Origin: Promethearchaeota archaeon
GTDB lineage: Archaea; Asgardarchaeota; Lokiarchaeia; Sigyniarchaeales; SOKP01
DNA length: 64,000 bases
Reading direction: 5' to 3'
Assembly (NCBI GenBank): GCA_016839555.1
Contig: JAEOUA010000003.1
Coordinates: 96,001 to 160,000 of the forward strand
Shown: one piece after another, positions 1-9,478 of the stretch
Layout of the letters: every line of letters begins with the position of its first letter
Numbering within the stretch: the stretch's first letter is position 1
Notes under the pieces: generated by a model
The model's database searches: none
The model's input: the letters and a program-made list of their open reading frames with translations, nothing else
Told to the model about the DNA's origin: nothing
Position numbers and translations under genes: made by a program

Positions 1-59
1 CATTTAAACCTTATTAAATATTAAACTAATAAATATAAACAGAATAAATTTATTTTAAT

Positions 60-965
60 ATGAGAATGAAGGATAAAAAAACGCATATCGTAAAACTTGG
101 GATGCTTTATGGACATGAACCGGATACTATAGATTTAGCTAAAAAATTTATAGGACACTTAATGAATTATCCTGAATTTTGTACTGCATGCGAAGAATTT
201 GCGCAAAAAGTTAAATGCGATGAATGTCGACAAGACCTTCAATCATTCTCAAAAAATATTTTTTATTATAAAGAAATAGGAAAAGAACTTCCTCAATTTA
301 TAGATAACCCTGAAAATTATCTCCCAGAAGATTTGCCTGATTTAGATTTTTTATTAGTAGTGGGGATACATGAAGATTTATTAGCAGGACTTCCTGATTT
401 TTTGGAAGATAAAAATATTAAAGCAGTCATAGTGCCTATAGAAAATCCAAAATGGGTTCCAACTGGTTTACAAAAACAAGTTTTAGAAGCTTTTCAACGA
501 GTGGGCATACAAGCGGCGTTCCCCAAACCTTTTTGTTGCTTAAATTCCCAAGAGGACGAATATAATAAAGTTGGCTTTAATCTCACTGAAAAGCATAATT
601 ATATTGAAGAATTTGTAGAATATTTTAAAATTGGCAAACCTCAAATCTCTTTTAGATTAAGTAAAAATAATAAAGCAATTGAAGATTCATGCGTTATTAG
701 AAGCGCGCCCTGTGGTTCAACATATTATATAGTCCAGCAACTTAAAGGGAAATATATAGAAAACGGAAAAAAAGAGCATGAATCTCTTAATGAGAAAATT
801 AGCAAAGCTCATCATTCTTATCCATGTAATGCATCCATGGACCAAGATTCTATTCTCAGAGATTCGATCCTTCATGTAGGTGGATATCTCGTAAGAAATG
901 CTATTAGAAAAGCTTTAAATCTGGAAGAGGAAGAAGGAGTCAAATTAAAATATATTATAAAATAA
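60..965 (+). CDS. DUF166 family protein (Cys-rich, possible Fe-S/Zn binding)
   Basis: Motifs FPKPFCCL, RSAPCGST and HHSYPCNASM are typical of archaeal DUF166 proteins. Confidence 0.7.
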   Translation: MRMKDKKTHIVKLGMLYGHEPDTIDLAKKFIGHLMNYPEFCTACEEFAQKVKCDECRQDLQSFSKNIFYYKEIGKELPQFIDNPENYLPEDLPDLDFLLVVGIHEDLLAGLPDFLEDKNIKAVIVPIENPKWVPTGLQKQVLEAFQRVGIQAAFPKPFCCLNSQEDEYNKVGFNLTEKHNYIEEFVEYFKIGKPQISFRLSKNNKAIEDSCVIRSAPCGSTYYIVQQLKGKYIENGKKEHESLNEKISKAHHSYPCNASMDQDSILRDSILHVGGYLVRNAIRKALNLEEEEGVKLKYIIK

Positions 966-1093
966 TTATCTTTATTATCCTCCGAATCAAAATTATTTTA
1001 GAAATAAAAATTATAAATCCTTCACAATATTATATAAAATATTGTTTTTAGTCTTTGAATAATATCTCCTTTTGAATAAATCATTCCATGAAA

Positions 1094-1178
1094 GCGGGAA
1101 TTGCCAAGTTTGGACAAAGGCGCTGGACTCAGAATCCAGTCCTATAGAGGTTCGGGAGTTCAAATCTCCCTTCCCGCA
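1094..1178 (+). tRNA. tRNA-Leu (anticodon CAG), intronless, CCA not encoded
   Basis: Acceptor stem GCGGGAA/TTCCCGC plus discriminator A; anticodon arm CTGGA-CTCAGAA-TCCAG; long variable arm; T-arm GGGAG-TTCAAAT-CTCCC. Confidence 0.95.
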
Positions 1179-1268
1179 TATGATAGGAATTCAGCTTATA
1201 TAATATAAATTATTAAATCCTTAGTGATAAAGCGCTAATTAAAAGAATTAAAAATATTTAAAAAATAA

Positions 1269-1484
1269 TTATTTATCACTATATTTTTCAATAATATAAT
1301 TCTGAAGAGACCACGCATACTTTTCAAGGTTTAAGAGTAATCCTTTTTGTTGCAAATGGTGTAAATAAGAAACATCCAGTTTTTTAAATTCTGATTTCAA
1401 TTCTTCGATTAAGTCAAATATTTTAACGATTGCTTTCCAATCTTGGGACCATTCTGTATCTTGGGTTTCAATTTGTTTGACCAT
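1269..1484 (-). CDS. small helical hypothetical protein
   Basis: 71-aa ORF with ATG start and protein-like composition; no recognised motif. Confidence 0.6.
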   Translation of the reverse strand: MVKQIETQDTEWSQDWKAIVKIFDLIEELKSEFKKLDVSYLHHLQQKGLLLNLEKYAWSLQNYIIEKYSDK

Positions 1485-1616
1485 ATAATATACCTTATTT
1501 TTTTAAGAATTATTTAAAAATTTTCTTATGAATTTGAAGAAAACATAAGTTATAAAATCTTATTAATTCAGATATATAATTTACTATTATTTTCTAATTT
1601 TAAAACAATTAAAATC

Positions 1617-3173
1617 TTAAAATTTTTCTTTTGGTAAATACATCAACGAATTAATTAAATCTGTGATACACTGAGCCGTCGGACCTAATTTAATCATATC
1701 AATTTTATCCAATGTGTCTTCTGCTGTAAGTAAATAGTATGGTGATCGGATTAAATGAATCACTTTCAAACCGCCCATAACTGCGAAGTGACCAGCTTCA
1801 CCTATCGGTGGTGTTGCAAAAAAATTGTCTGGTATTAATAGCATTCGTTCCATATCATGCTCTTTAAAAGCTTTCAGTGTATGGGCAACTAATGTTTCGT
1901 TTTGCGAGATAAAAGTAGCACCAATAGCAAGATTGTCTGTTATTTTGAAATCATGAGTTATGGGATCTTCATCTACCTCTTTCGCACATAAATGTTCCAG
2001 ATTCACATCAATCAAAACATTATTCAGTAAACTATTTTTATATTTATGAGCAAAATGTTCAGCACCTATTCCACCATAAAGATGGCCCGCAGTTAAGATA
2101 AATAATAAGGATCGTGGTCGCTTCTCTAAGGGTGTATTCGCCCAAGCCCCTAATTGGGCTAAAACCATTGACACTCCAGTTCCATCTTCTGAAGCTCCTT
2201 GAAAGGCAGCATCGTGGTGACTTGAAATCATTATCATTTCATTAGACTGACCAGGCAAGATTCCTATTATATTATGAGCTATAGAGGGTTCTTTATTTCC
2301 TTCTAGGATCATAGTAGCTTTAGCAGTTTCTGAAATGGCGATTTCTCGTAGTTCTATTCCGTCATATTTTCCTACATATAAAGCAGGCACTGGTTTCATT
2401 GATCCATCATACGGTCCCCAGTGTGTATTAACATTTGAAGGATAATCTCTTAGAATTAGGATTAAACCAACCGCTCCATTATTAACAGCTCGCCAATACA
2501 CAGAATCTTTTATAGGGGGGCCTCCTAATGCTTGAGGGGGGAAATTTAATAGGGCAAAAGTTAATATTATGCTTGTTTCTTTATCTATTGAATTTTTGGG
2601 ATCGGACACATAATAAGGAGGTGCTAATTTTAAAATTTTTCCTATTGGAAACTCCGGAAATTCAATATCAGCTACAACAATCTTACCTTTCACGTCTTTT
2701 TTTTTAAAATCTCTTTTTTCCCCGGTTCTTACATACACTAAAGGGGCACTAATTCCTTCAGAATTAGTAAATTCTGTATTCAAAACATAAAAACAAGGAA
2801 TTTCAATTTGTCCTTTTTCTGTTGAAATAGTTAATTTCCAATTATTTGCCTGCCAATTAATTAAATTAATAGGATCCTTTTTAATATCTTTTAATCCTAA
2901 TTCCTTAAATCGACTAATGAGATAATCTTCAATCTCGTGAGCTTCATTTGTACCGACTCTTCTATGAGGGACACTACATATTTTTTTTAAATCTTCAATA
3001 ATAGTCTTTGAACCTGGTGCTAAAACTAAATTCTCAGGAGATTTTATTTCTGATAATAAATTTTCCGCTTTTTTTCGAAATTTTTTCATTTTTGGACGTA
3101 ATTTTAATAAATTTAAAATAAATTTTTTCCTTGAAAAGCGGAACTCTGTTAACTCTTTATTATTATTCGGCAT
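1617..3173 (-). CDS. M28 family metallopeptidase with PA domain
   Basis: PHRRVGT, PA-domain segment DVKGKIVV, SSHHD, GASEDGTG and NLEH metal-ligand-like motifs. Confidence 0.8.
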   Translation of the reverse strand: MPNNNKELTEFRFSRKKFILNLLKLRPKMKKFRKKAENLLSEIKSPENLVLAPGSKTIIEDLKKICSVPHRRVGTNEAHEIEDYLISRFKELGLKDIKKDPINLINWQANNWKLTISTEKGQIEIPCFYVLNTEFTNSEGISAPLVYVRTGEKRDFKKKDVKGKIVVADIEFPEFPIGKILKLAPPYYVSDPKNSIDKETSIILTFALLNFPPQALGGPPIKDSVYWRAVNNGAVGLILILRDYPSNVNTHWGPYDGSMKPVPALYVGKYDGIELREIAISETAKATMILEGNKEPSIAHNIIGILPGQSNEMIMISSHHDAAFQGASEDGTGVSMVLAQLGAWANTPLEKRPRSLLFILTAGHLYGGIGAEHFAHKYKNSLLNNVLIDVNLEHLCAKEVDEDPITHDFKITDNLAIGATFISQNETLVAHTLKAFKEHDMERMLLIPDNFFATPPIGEAGHFAVMGGLKVIHLIRSPYYLLTAEDTLDKIDMIKLGPTAQCITDLINSLMYLPKEKF

Positions 3174-3349
3174 TTCTAAAATTAAATATAATTTTAATTT
3201 ATAATATCAGTTTTAAACTTAAATATCTATTTACTCATTTAAGATGATTAAATTAATATTCAAATTTCCGCTAAGAACTTAGAACTATTGCTTACTTAAA
3301 ATAATCTATGTTAAAATATTTAAGCAATCATTTCCTATTTTTTATTACT

Positions 3350-3406
3350 ATGAATATTAAAATAATTCCACTAGAAATTATTTTGATTATTATTGGGATT
3401 ATTTAA
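3350..3406 (+). CDS. putative Ile-rich leader peptide (MNIKIIPLEIILIIIGII) upstream of cimA
   Basis: ATG at 3350 and TAA at 3404-3406; 10 of 18 codons are Ile. A TATA-like TATTTAAG lies about 26-33 nt upstream. The downstream gene starts the citramalate route to Ile. Confidence 0.65.
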   Translation: MNIKIIPLEIILIIIGII

Positions 3407-3408
3407 TT

Positions 3409-3491
3409 TCATAAAAGAAATTTTAAACTCTTTTTATGATTTACATTTCTTTTATCATCAAATAATCGTTTAAAATTTCTTTTTTTTATGA
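3409..3491 (+). promoter_or_regulatory. putative attenuator: alternative hairpins and T8 tract in the cimA leader
   Basis: Perfect 16-bp inverted repeat AAAAGAAATTTTAAAC (3413-3428) / GTTTAAAATTTCTTTT (3468-3483), extendable by TCAT/ATGA. T8 run at 3480-3487. An alternative partner TCTTTTTATGA lies at 3429-3439. Confidence 0.55.
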
Positions 3492-3522
3492 GATAAAAAA
3501 TAACTAATATATGTGAGATGCA

Positions 3523-5121
3523 ATGGAAAATAAATATGTTTATATTTATGATTCGACGCTCCGGGAGGGTTCCCAAAAAACGGGTATAACCTTCTCAATG
3601 AAGGATAAATTGCGGATTTTGAAAAGGTTAGTCAGGGATCTCGAAATACCAATGATTGAAGCTGGATGGCCAGGATCTAACCCTAAAGATATTGAATTAT
3701 ATAAAAACATTAATGAAATGGATTTAAAAACTACGAAAATATTTCCTTTTAGTAGTACACGGAGAAAAAATCAAAATGTGGAAAATGATAGGAATATAAA
3801 AGCCTTATTAGAAACTGGTGCAAATCAAGCCACCATTTTTGGAAAGAGTTGGGATTTACATGTTGAGCATGCCCTTGAAACATCATTAAAAGAAAACCTC
3901 AATATGATAAAAGATAGCATCTCATTTTTGGTTAAAAATAATATGGAAGTAATGTTCGATGCTGAACACTTTTTTGATGGATTTAAAAATAATAATGAAT
4001 ATGCATTAAAAACTATCTTGCAAGCAAAAGAGGCTGGTGCATCTTGGATAGTATTATGCGATACCAATGGAGGCCTATTACCCAGTGAATTAGCTCCAAT
4101 ATTAGAAGAAGTAAAACATAATTTAGGAGACCATTCTTTGGGTATCCATGCTCATAATGATTGTGGTGTAGCTAATGCTATAGCCTTGGAAGCCTGGCAG
4201 CACGGTGTAAAACTTATCCAAGGAACTATTAATGGATTTGGAGAGCGCTGTGGAAATACAGATCTCACAACAATTATTCCCATCTTCAAGTTAAAGTATG
4301 GAATTGATTTTATTGATGATAAGAAGTTGAAAAACTTGACCGAAATATCCCATTATGTATATGAACTTGCTAACTTATCTGCTGATTATGATCAACCGTT
4401 TGTTGGGAAAAACGCTTTTTCTCATAAAGGAGGAGTTCATATCTCTGCCATGTTAAAAGATATAAACACATATGAGCATATAGACCCTGAGGCTGTGGGG
4501 AATACTCGAAATATAAAAGTCTCAGAATTAGCGGGTAAAAGTTCTATTCTCCATATGGCTAAAAAATTTGAACTTCCTTTAACTGAAGATAATCCTAAAG
4601 TAGGGGCAATTCTTAATTTTGTGAAAGAAAAAGAGAATCAAGGGTATTCATTTGAGGGAGCAGAAGGGTCCTTAGAGATTATCATGCGGGGGATTGATAT
4701 GAATATCGAAGATCCTGATTATTATCGAAAAAAATTTTTTGAACTTGAAGGGTTTAGAGTTCTTACGGAGCTATATAAAAATAATCTTATCTCAGAAGCG
4801 ACCATAAAAGTAAAAGTAAAAGGACAAGAATATCATACTGCTGCTGAGGGTGTGGGACCCGTGAATGCGCTTGATAATGCACTCAAAAAAGCCTTAGTGT
4901 ATTTCTACCCAAGTATTAAAGAAATAGAGTTAAGCGACTTCAAGGTGAGAATTATAAACCAAGCAGGGACAGCAAGTATGGTCCGCGTCTTAGCAGAAAC
5001 TCATGATAGTAAAGATTCCTGGGGTACAATTGGGGCTCATGAAAATATCATACTTGCATCGTGGAATGCTTTAGTAGATTCATATATCTATAAATTATTA
5101 AAGAATAAGGAAAATTGGTAA
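3523..5121 (+). CDS. cimA: citramalate synthase (DRE-TIM, LeuA/CimA family)
   Basis: DSTLREG, IFGKSWDLHV, DAEHFFDG, HAHND and GERCGN motifs, plus C-terminal regulatory domain (GVGPVNALD). The GKSWDLHV/DAEHFFDG signature matches bacterial-type CimA. Confidence 0.85.
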   Translation: MENKYVYIYDSTLREGSQKTGITFSMKDKLRILKRLVRDLEIPMIEAGWPGSNPKDIELYKNINEMDLKTTKIFPFSSTRRKNQNVENDRNIKALLETGANQATIFGKSWDLHVEHALETSLKENLNMIKDSISFLVKNNMEVMFDAEHFFDGFKNNNEYALKTILQAKEAGASWIVLCDTNGGLLPSELAPILEEVKHNLGDHSLGIHAHNDCGVANAIALEAWQHGVKLIQGTINGFGERCGNTDLTTIIPIFKLKYGIDFIDDKKLKNLTEISHYVYELANLSADYDQPFVGKNAFSHKGGVHISAMLKDINTYEHIDPEAVGNTRNIKVSELAGKSSILHMAKKFELPLTEDNPKVGAILNFVKEKENQGYSFEGAEGSLEIIMRGIDMNIEDPDYYRKKFFELEGFRVLTELYKNNLISEATIKVKVKGQEYHTAAEGVGPVNALDNALKKALVYFYPSIKEIELSDFKVRIINQAGTASMVRVLAETHDSKDSWGTIGAHENIILASWNALVDSYIYKLLKNKENW

Positions 5122-5165
5122 AAGTATTCATTACATTAAAATAGCGAAATTAGCACCATTCTTAT

Positions 5166-6278
5166 TCAAAAAAAAATCTGGAAATTTTTTTCAATAATTT
5201 GTTTTGTATCTTTAAACTCAGAAACATTTATAATTTTATTAATATCTTCAATTTCTTTCAATTCTGATTTGTATCGTTTTTCAAAATCAATCATTAATTG
5301 TTGCATACAATATTCCATATAAGGGTTTTTTTGATTTGTTATTAATAATACTGCAAAACCAGCAGTGTTATTATAATCAACAACAATTTCAGTATTTTGG
5401 GTTTGAAACACATCAATTTGATCTTCTTTATTAATAAATTCAGAGAGAATATGATTTAGACCAATGAGGATATTTCCCCAAATCATAGATTCCCTTTGTT
5501 GGTTATTAATTTTGAAATCATAAGAATATAATAAAACTCCAGATTTATGGTAGATGTGAATATAATAAATTTTGTTTGTTAATTTTACATAAATTTTTGG
5601 ATTTCTTATTGTAATTAAAGATTTAGTAATTAAGGCAAGCCAAAAAAGTGCGATAAATAGGTGTAAGAAAATAACGTTTTCTAAAATGAGGGATAAACAA
5701 AAAAATAAGGTTGAATTTGATAATATTAAGGTAAAAATTAATAATTGATTACTTATTCGCTTAAATTTAGAAATCATTCTAATTCTTAAAGAAGTATAAA
5801 TAAGATAGAGAAGCACTGACCAATTGAAGATTATGATAATTAATTTAGGTATACTGTTCAGGGAATATAAAAGATTAATTTCTTGTTGATTTATTGTAAT
5901 TTTAGATATTGAAATTAAAATCCCTATTAAAAAACTAAATAATAGTGAAAAATATAAAGAAATAAATAATGGGATCTTTCCATATTCTTTTAAGAAACTT
6001 ATGTCTAAGGAATAGAGCCAGATTGATATTGCTTCAGAAATTAATAAAGCCATAAAAAAAGATACATTCCTTAATTCTGAAAAATAAATACCAATTGAAA
6101 GAAATAATAAATGAGGATAAAAAATTCCTACAAAACTTATTATAGCAATATTAAAAATGGGTATTAATCTAATTCCATAATTAGTTCTATTTTTAATTAA
6201 AAATATAATAGTAGTGATACTTGCTATAAGATAAATAGTAAACCAGATGATGTGAAATATCATTGTCGGAGACCACAT
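5166..6278 (-). CDS. multi-pass (about 7 TM) membrane protein with C-terminal longin-like domain
   Basis: About seven hydrophobic segments followed by a soluble domain starting IYYIHIYHKSGVLLYSYDF; paralog of the adjacent ORF. Confidence 0.65.
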   Translation of the reverse strand: MWSPTMIFHIIWFTIYLIASITTIIFLIKNRTNYGIRLIPIFNIAIISFVGIFYPHLLFLSIGIYFSELRNVSFFMALLISEAISIWLYSLDISFLKEYGKIPLFISLYFSLLFSFLIGILISISKITINQQEINLLYSLNSIPKLIIIIFNWSVLLYLIYTSLRIRMISKFKRISNQLLIFTLILSNSTLFFCLSLILENVIFLHLFIALFWLALITKSLITIRNPKIYVKLTNKIYYIHIYHKSGVLLYSYDFKINNQQRESMIWGNILIGLNHILSEFINKEDQIDVFQTQNTEIVVDYNNTAGFAVLLITNQKNPYMEYCMQQLMIDFEKRYKSELKEIEDINKIINVSEFKDTKQIIEKNFQIFF

Positions 6279-6335
6279 TTTCCTTAAACTGTTTCTATCT
6301 TTTTATTTTTTAAATAATATAATCATAACCTAATT

Positions 6336-7442
6336 CTAAACCATAAATGGTTTGAAATAATCATATAAAATTTCTTTTGCATTTTTAAATTCAGAAGTAT
6401 CAATCAATTGGGTATTATTATTGATTTTATTCAAGGTGGATTCATATTCCTTTGTAAATTTTTTCATATATAATTGGACTGCCTTTTCAATCATTTTGTT
6501 TTTATGCTTTACTACTGTAAGTATGGCACAACCATATTGATTATTATATTCAAATATAATATCACCATCTTTCATTTTAATAAGATTTAACATATCTTTT
6601 TTATTAATAAAATTTGAGAGAATATGATTTACTCCTATTAAAATGGAGCCTTTTAATATTGAATCGTCAATTTCCTCATTTCGAGCTAAATTGTAAGAGA
6701 ATAGTAAAACGCCAGATCGATGAAAAATTATAAAATCATAAACCTTATTTGTAACAACCAAAAATAAATCGAATCGGGCTATTATTATAAATATCTCAAA
6801 TGTTAAAAAAATAAGCACCATAATTAAATAAAAATATCTAATTAATAATATATCTGGATTTAAGAGAAAGGCGTGATATATAATTAAATTAATATTAAAT
6901 TGAATTATTAATATCAAATGTAATTTCTTCATTTTTGAAAAACTAATTCTTTTATAACCAATTAAATAAGTAAAGTTCGTAATAAACATTACCAGTCCAT
7001 TAAAAATATAATTCAAAAGTAAAAATATATCATCCTTAGGAATATAGATATAATTATTATTTAGAATTACAATTTGAAATGAATTTGTAAATATTAAATA
7101 TATTCCCAAAACTCCTCCAAAAAAAGCATAAATATAGAGTGGGAGGATTCTTATCTTTCTCTGAATAAATACAAAACAAACAACAGCACTTGGAATAGAT
7201 AATCTAAGGATTCTTAAAATTATAGAAATGATCCAAAAAACATTCGCAACCTCTAATGGTAAAATAACAATAAGGGATAAATTAAACAGAATGAAATAAG
7301 ATATTTCAATATACATATAAAATGATATTAATAACACATCACTGTATCTTATAACATACTTATTCCTATTACGAATTAGGTAATATCCTCCAATTATTAC
7401 TAAATGAATAGATAAACTTATAAAAATTATACTTAATATCAT
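6336..7442 (-). CDS. multi-pass (about 7 TM) membrane protein with C-terminal longin-like domain
   Basis: Same architecture; shares HxSGVLLxSY and ILIGxNHILSxFINK with 5166..6278. Confidence 0.65.
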   Translation of the reverse strand: MILSIIFISLSIHLVIIGGYYLIRNRNKYVIRYSDVLLISFYMYIEISYFILFNLSLIVILPLEVANVFWIISIILRILRLSIPSAVVCFVFIQRKIRILPLYIYAFFGGVLGIYLIFTNSFQIVILNNNYIYIPKDDIFLLLNYIFNGLVMFITNFTYLIGYKRISFSKMKKLHLILIIQFNINLIIYHAFLLNPDILLIRYFYLIMVLIFLTFEIFIIIARFDLFLVVTNKVYDFIIFHRSGVLLFSYNLARNEEIDDSILKGSILIGVNHILSNFINKKDMLNLIKMKDGDIIFEYNNQYGCAILTVVKHKNKMIEKAVQLYMKKFTKEYESTLNKINNNTQLIDTSEFKNAKEILYDYFKPFMV

Positions 7443-7520
7443 AACTAAACAAATTTCATTGAAAATTTTACCTCCTAAATAAATTGTATTTCTCTAATAT
7501 TTTAAATTTTAGTATCAATA

Positions 7521-9446
7521 ATGAAGCTTATAAATTCAATTGATTTTTTACAACAAAAAAAAATAATCTCTAAATTAATTACTGATTTCTCCAAAAATCA
7601 AGATATAAATTATAATATTACAGAAATTCAAGAACTAGTTAATAAAATTATTAAAACCTTCAGGAAAAATAGGCTTAAATCTAAAGATTTTGAATCTGAC
7701 TTAGAAAATGTTTACATTAAAGAGATATCATATAAGCAAAGAAAATTATTAGGAGAGATATATACTCCAAAAAAAATTGTATCTTATATTCTTCAAAAAA
7801 TAAGATATAATTCATATTCCGATTTACAAAATAAAAGATTAATTGATTTGAGCTGTGGTTCTGGAAGCTTCTTAGAAGCGGCTTGTGAAATACTTATAGA
7901 TTTTTATAAAAAAAAATTTGAAAAAACTAATTTAAAAGATTTTTCACCACAACAAGCTAAGATAGTAATTAATCAAGTAAAAAACAATATTTTTGGTATT
8001 GATGTTAATCCAATCACTTGTATTCTATGTCAAATTAATCTACATTTAAAATTGGTTGATCTATATATAGTTTTATTTGAAAATACAACTAACTTTAAAG
8101 CACCAAGCTTCAAAATTATATGCCAAAATGCTTATCGCTTAAATAAATTAATTAGTGTTTTTGAATTGAATTCGTTTGATTTCGTGGTTGGAAACCCCCC
8201 TTATATATTTATAAGAGATCTTCCTGAAAAGCATAAAAATATTATCGATTCTGAAGACTTCAAGACAAAAATGGGGCAATATGATTCATATCAATTATTT
8301 ATAGAACTCGGAATTGAATTTTTGCAACAAAATGGTTTTCTGGGCTATATAATTCCAGACTCTATCTTAGCATTATCCAATAGAAGAATTATTAGAAAAT
8401 ACATTTATAATTCTACGAAAATAAAAGAGCTATGTATTGTAAATTCTCAGTTCAAAAATAGTATAGTCTCAAATATAATTTTAATATTGAAAAAAGAAAA
8501 GAACAAGAGAAAGAGAAAAAATAATATTATAAATGTAATGGATATTGCTGATAAAGCTAATTTGATTAATAAATTTCCTCAAAAATTAATTAAAAAATGG
8601 AACTACAAATTTCTTATCAATTTAAATTCAATTGATATTAAAATATTAGAATATTTAAATCAAAATTTTTCAAAATTAAAAGATTTAATGGAAGATGAAC
8701 GGTTTAAGATCCTACTAAATAGAGGAGTGGAATTAACTAAAGAAGGAAAGGTTTTCTTTTGCTCAAAATGTGAAAAATATTATCCCATACCTAAAAGAGA
8801 GAAAAAATGTCAGAAATGTGGAGAAAAATTCATTAAAGAGAACGTCGAAATTATTATATATGATAATTTACCCCCAAATAATCAAGCGGAATATAAATTA
8901 TATCTTTATTCTTTAAACAGATACAAAATAGATGAGTATAAATATATTAATATAAATAAGAAGGGAATTGATTACAAGGATCTCAATTATTTTCACGATC
9001 GAATTATAATTCGGCAAATGAATCAAAATAATCGAATTTGTGCTAGTTATTATGAGAGTCTGTTAATGTGTTCTCAAAGTTATTATAATCTAAAAGTAGA
9101 ATTTTTTTCTATTCCAGAATTTAACAATTTATATTTGCTTGGATTAATAAATTCGCTCCTTCTTTCTTATTTTTTCATTAAGTCTTTTGGTTCTTATAAA
9201 CAGCTTTTTCCAAGAATATTGATTGAAAATATACGAAATCTACCTATCAAAGTTCCTCATACAGATAAAGAAAAAAAAATTGCAAAGAAAATAATAAAAC
9301 TTGTTAAAATTTTGTTGAATCTAAAAAATTCAAATGCTGAATTATTTTATAAGGAACAGAATCAAATAGATTCTTTAGTGTTCGAATTATACCAACTTCC
9401 TTCATTAGATATAAAATACATTAGGGATTTTATGACTAATTTGTGA
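7521..9446 (+). CDS. N6-adenine DNA methyltransferase (gamma class, TaqI/Eco57I-like) with C-terminal target recognition domain
   Basis: GEIYTP, DLSCGSGSF (motif I) and GNPPY (motif IV); C-terminal LLGLINS...LPIK; internal CxxC...CxxC insert. Confidence 0.85.
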   Translation: MKLINSIDFLQQKKIISKLITDFSKNQDINYNITEIQELVNKIIKTFRKNRLKSKDFESDLENVYIKEISYKQRKLLGEIYTPKKIVSYILQKIRYNSYSDLQNKRLIDLSCGSGSFLEAACEILIDFYKKKFEKTNLKDFSPQQAKIVINQVKNNIFGIDVNPITCILCQINLHLKLVDLYIVLFENTTNFKAPSFKIICQNAYRLNKLISVFELNSFDFVVGNPPYIFIRDLPEKHKNIIDSEDFKTKMGQYDSYQLFIELGIEFLQQNGFLGYIIPDSILALSNRRIIRKYIYNSTKIKELCIVNSQFKNSIVSNIILILKKEKNKRKRKNNIINVMDIADKANLINKFPQKLIKKWNYKFLINLNSIDIKILEYLNQNFSKLKDLMEDERFKILLNRGVELTKEGKVFFCSKCEKYYPIPKREKKCQKCGEKFIKENVEIIIYDNLPPNNQAEYKLYLYSLNRYKIDEYKYININKKGIDYKDLNYFHDRIIIRQMNQNNRICASYYESLLMCSQSYYNLKVEFFSIPEFNNLYLLGLINSLLLSYFFIKSFGSYKQLFPRILIENIRNLPIKVPHTDKEKKIAKKIIKLVKILLNLKNSNAELFYKEQNQIDSLVFELYQLPSLDIKYIRDFMTNL

Positions 9447-9478
9447 TAATATTTCTTATAGCTTAAAAATGAGCATAT

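Noticed and set aside
1094-1178. tRNA-Leu as an integration site
   Set aside because: No duplicate of its 3' end was seen in the window, and the neighbouring genes look chromosomal.
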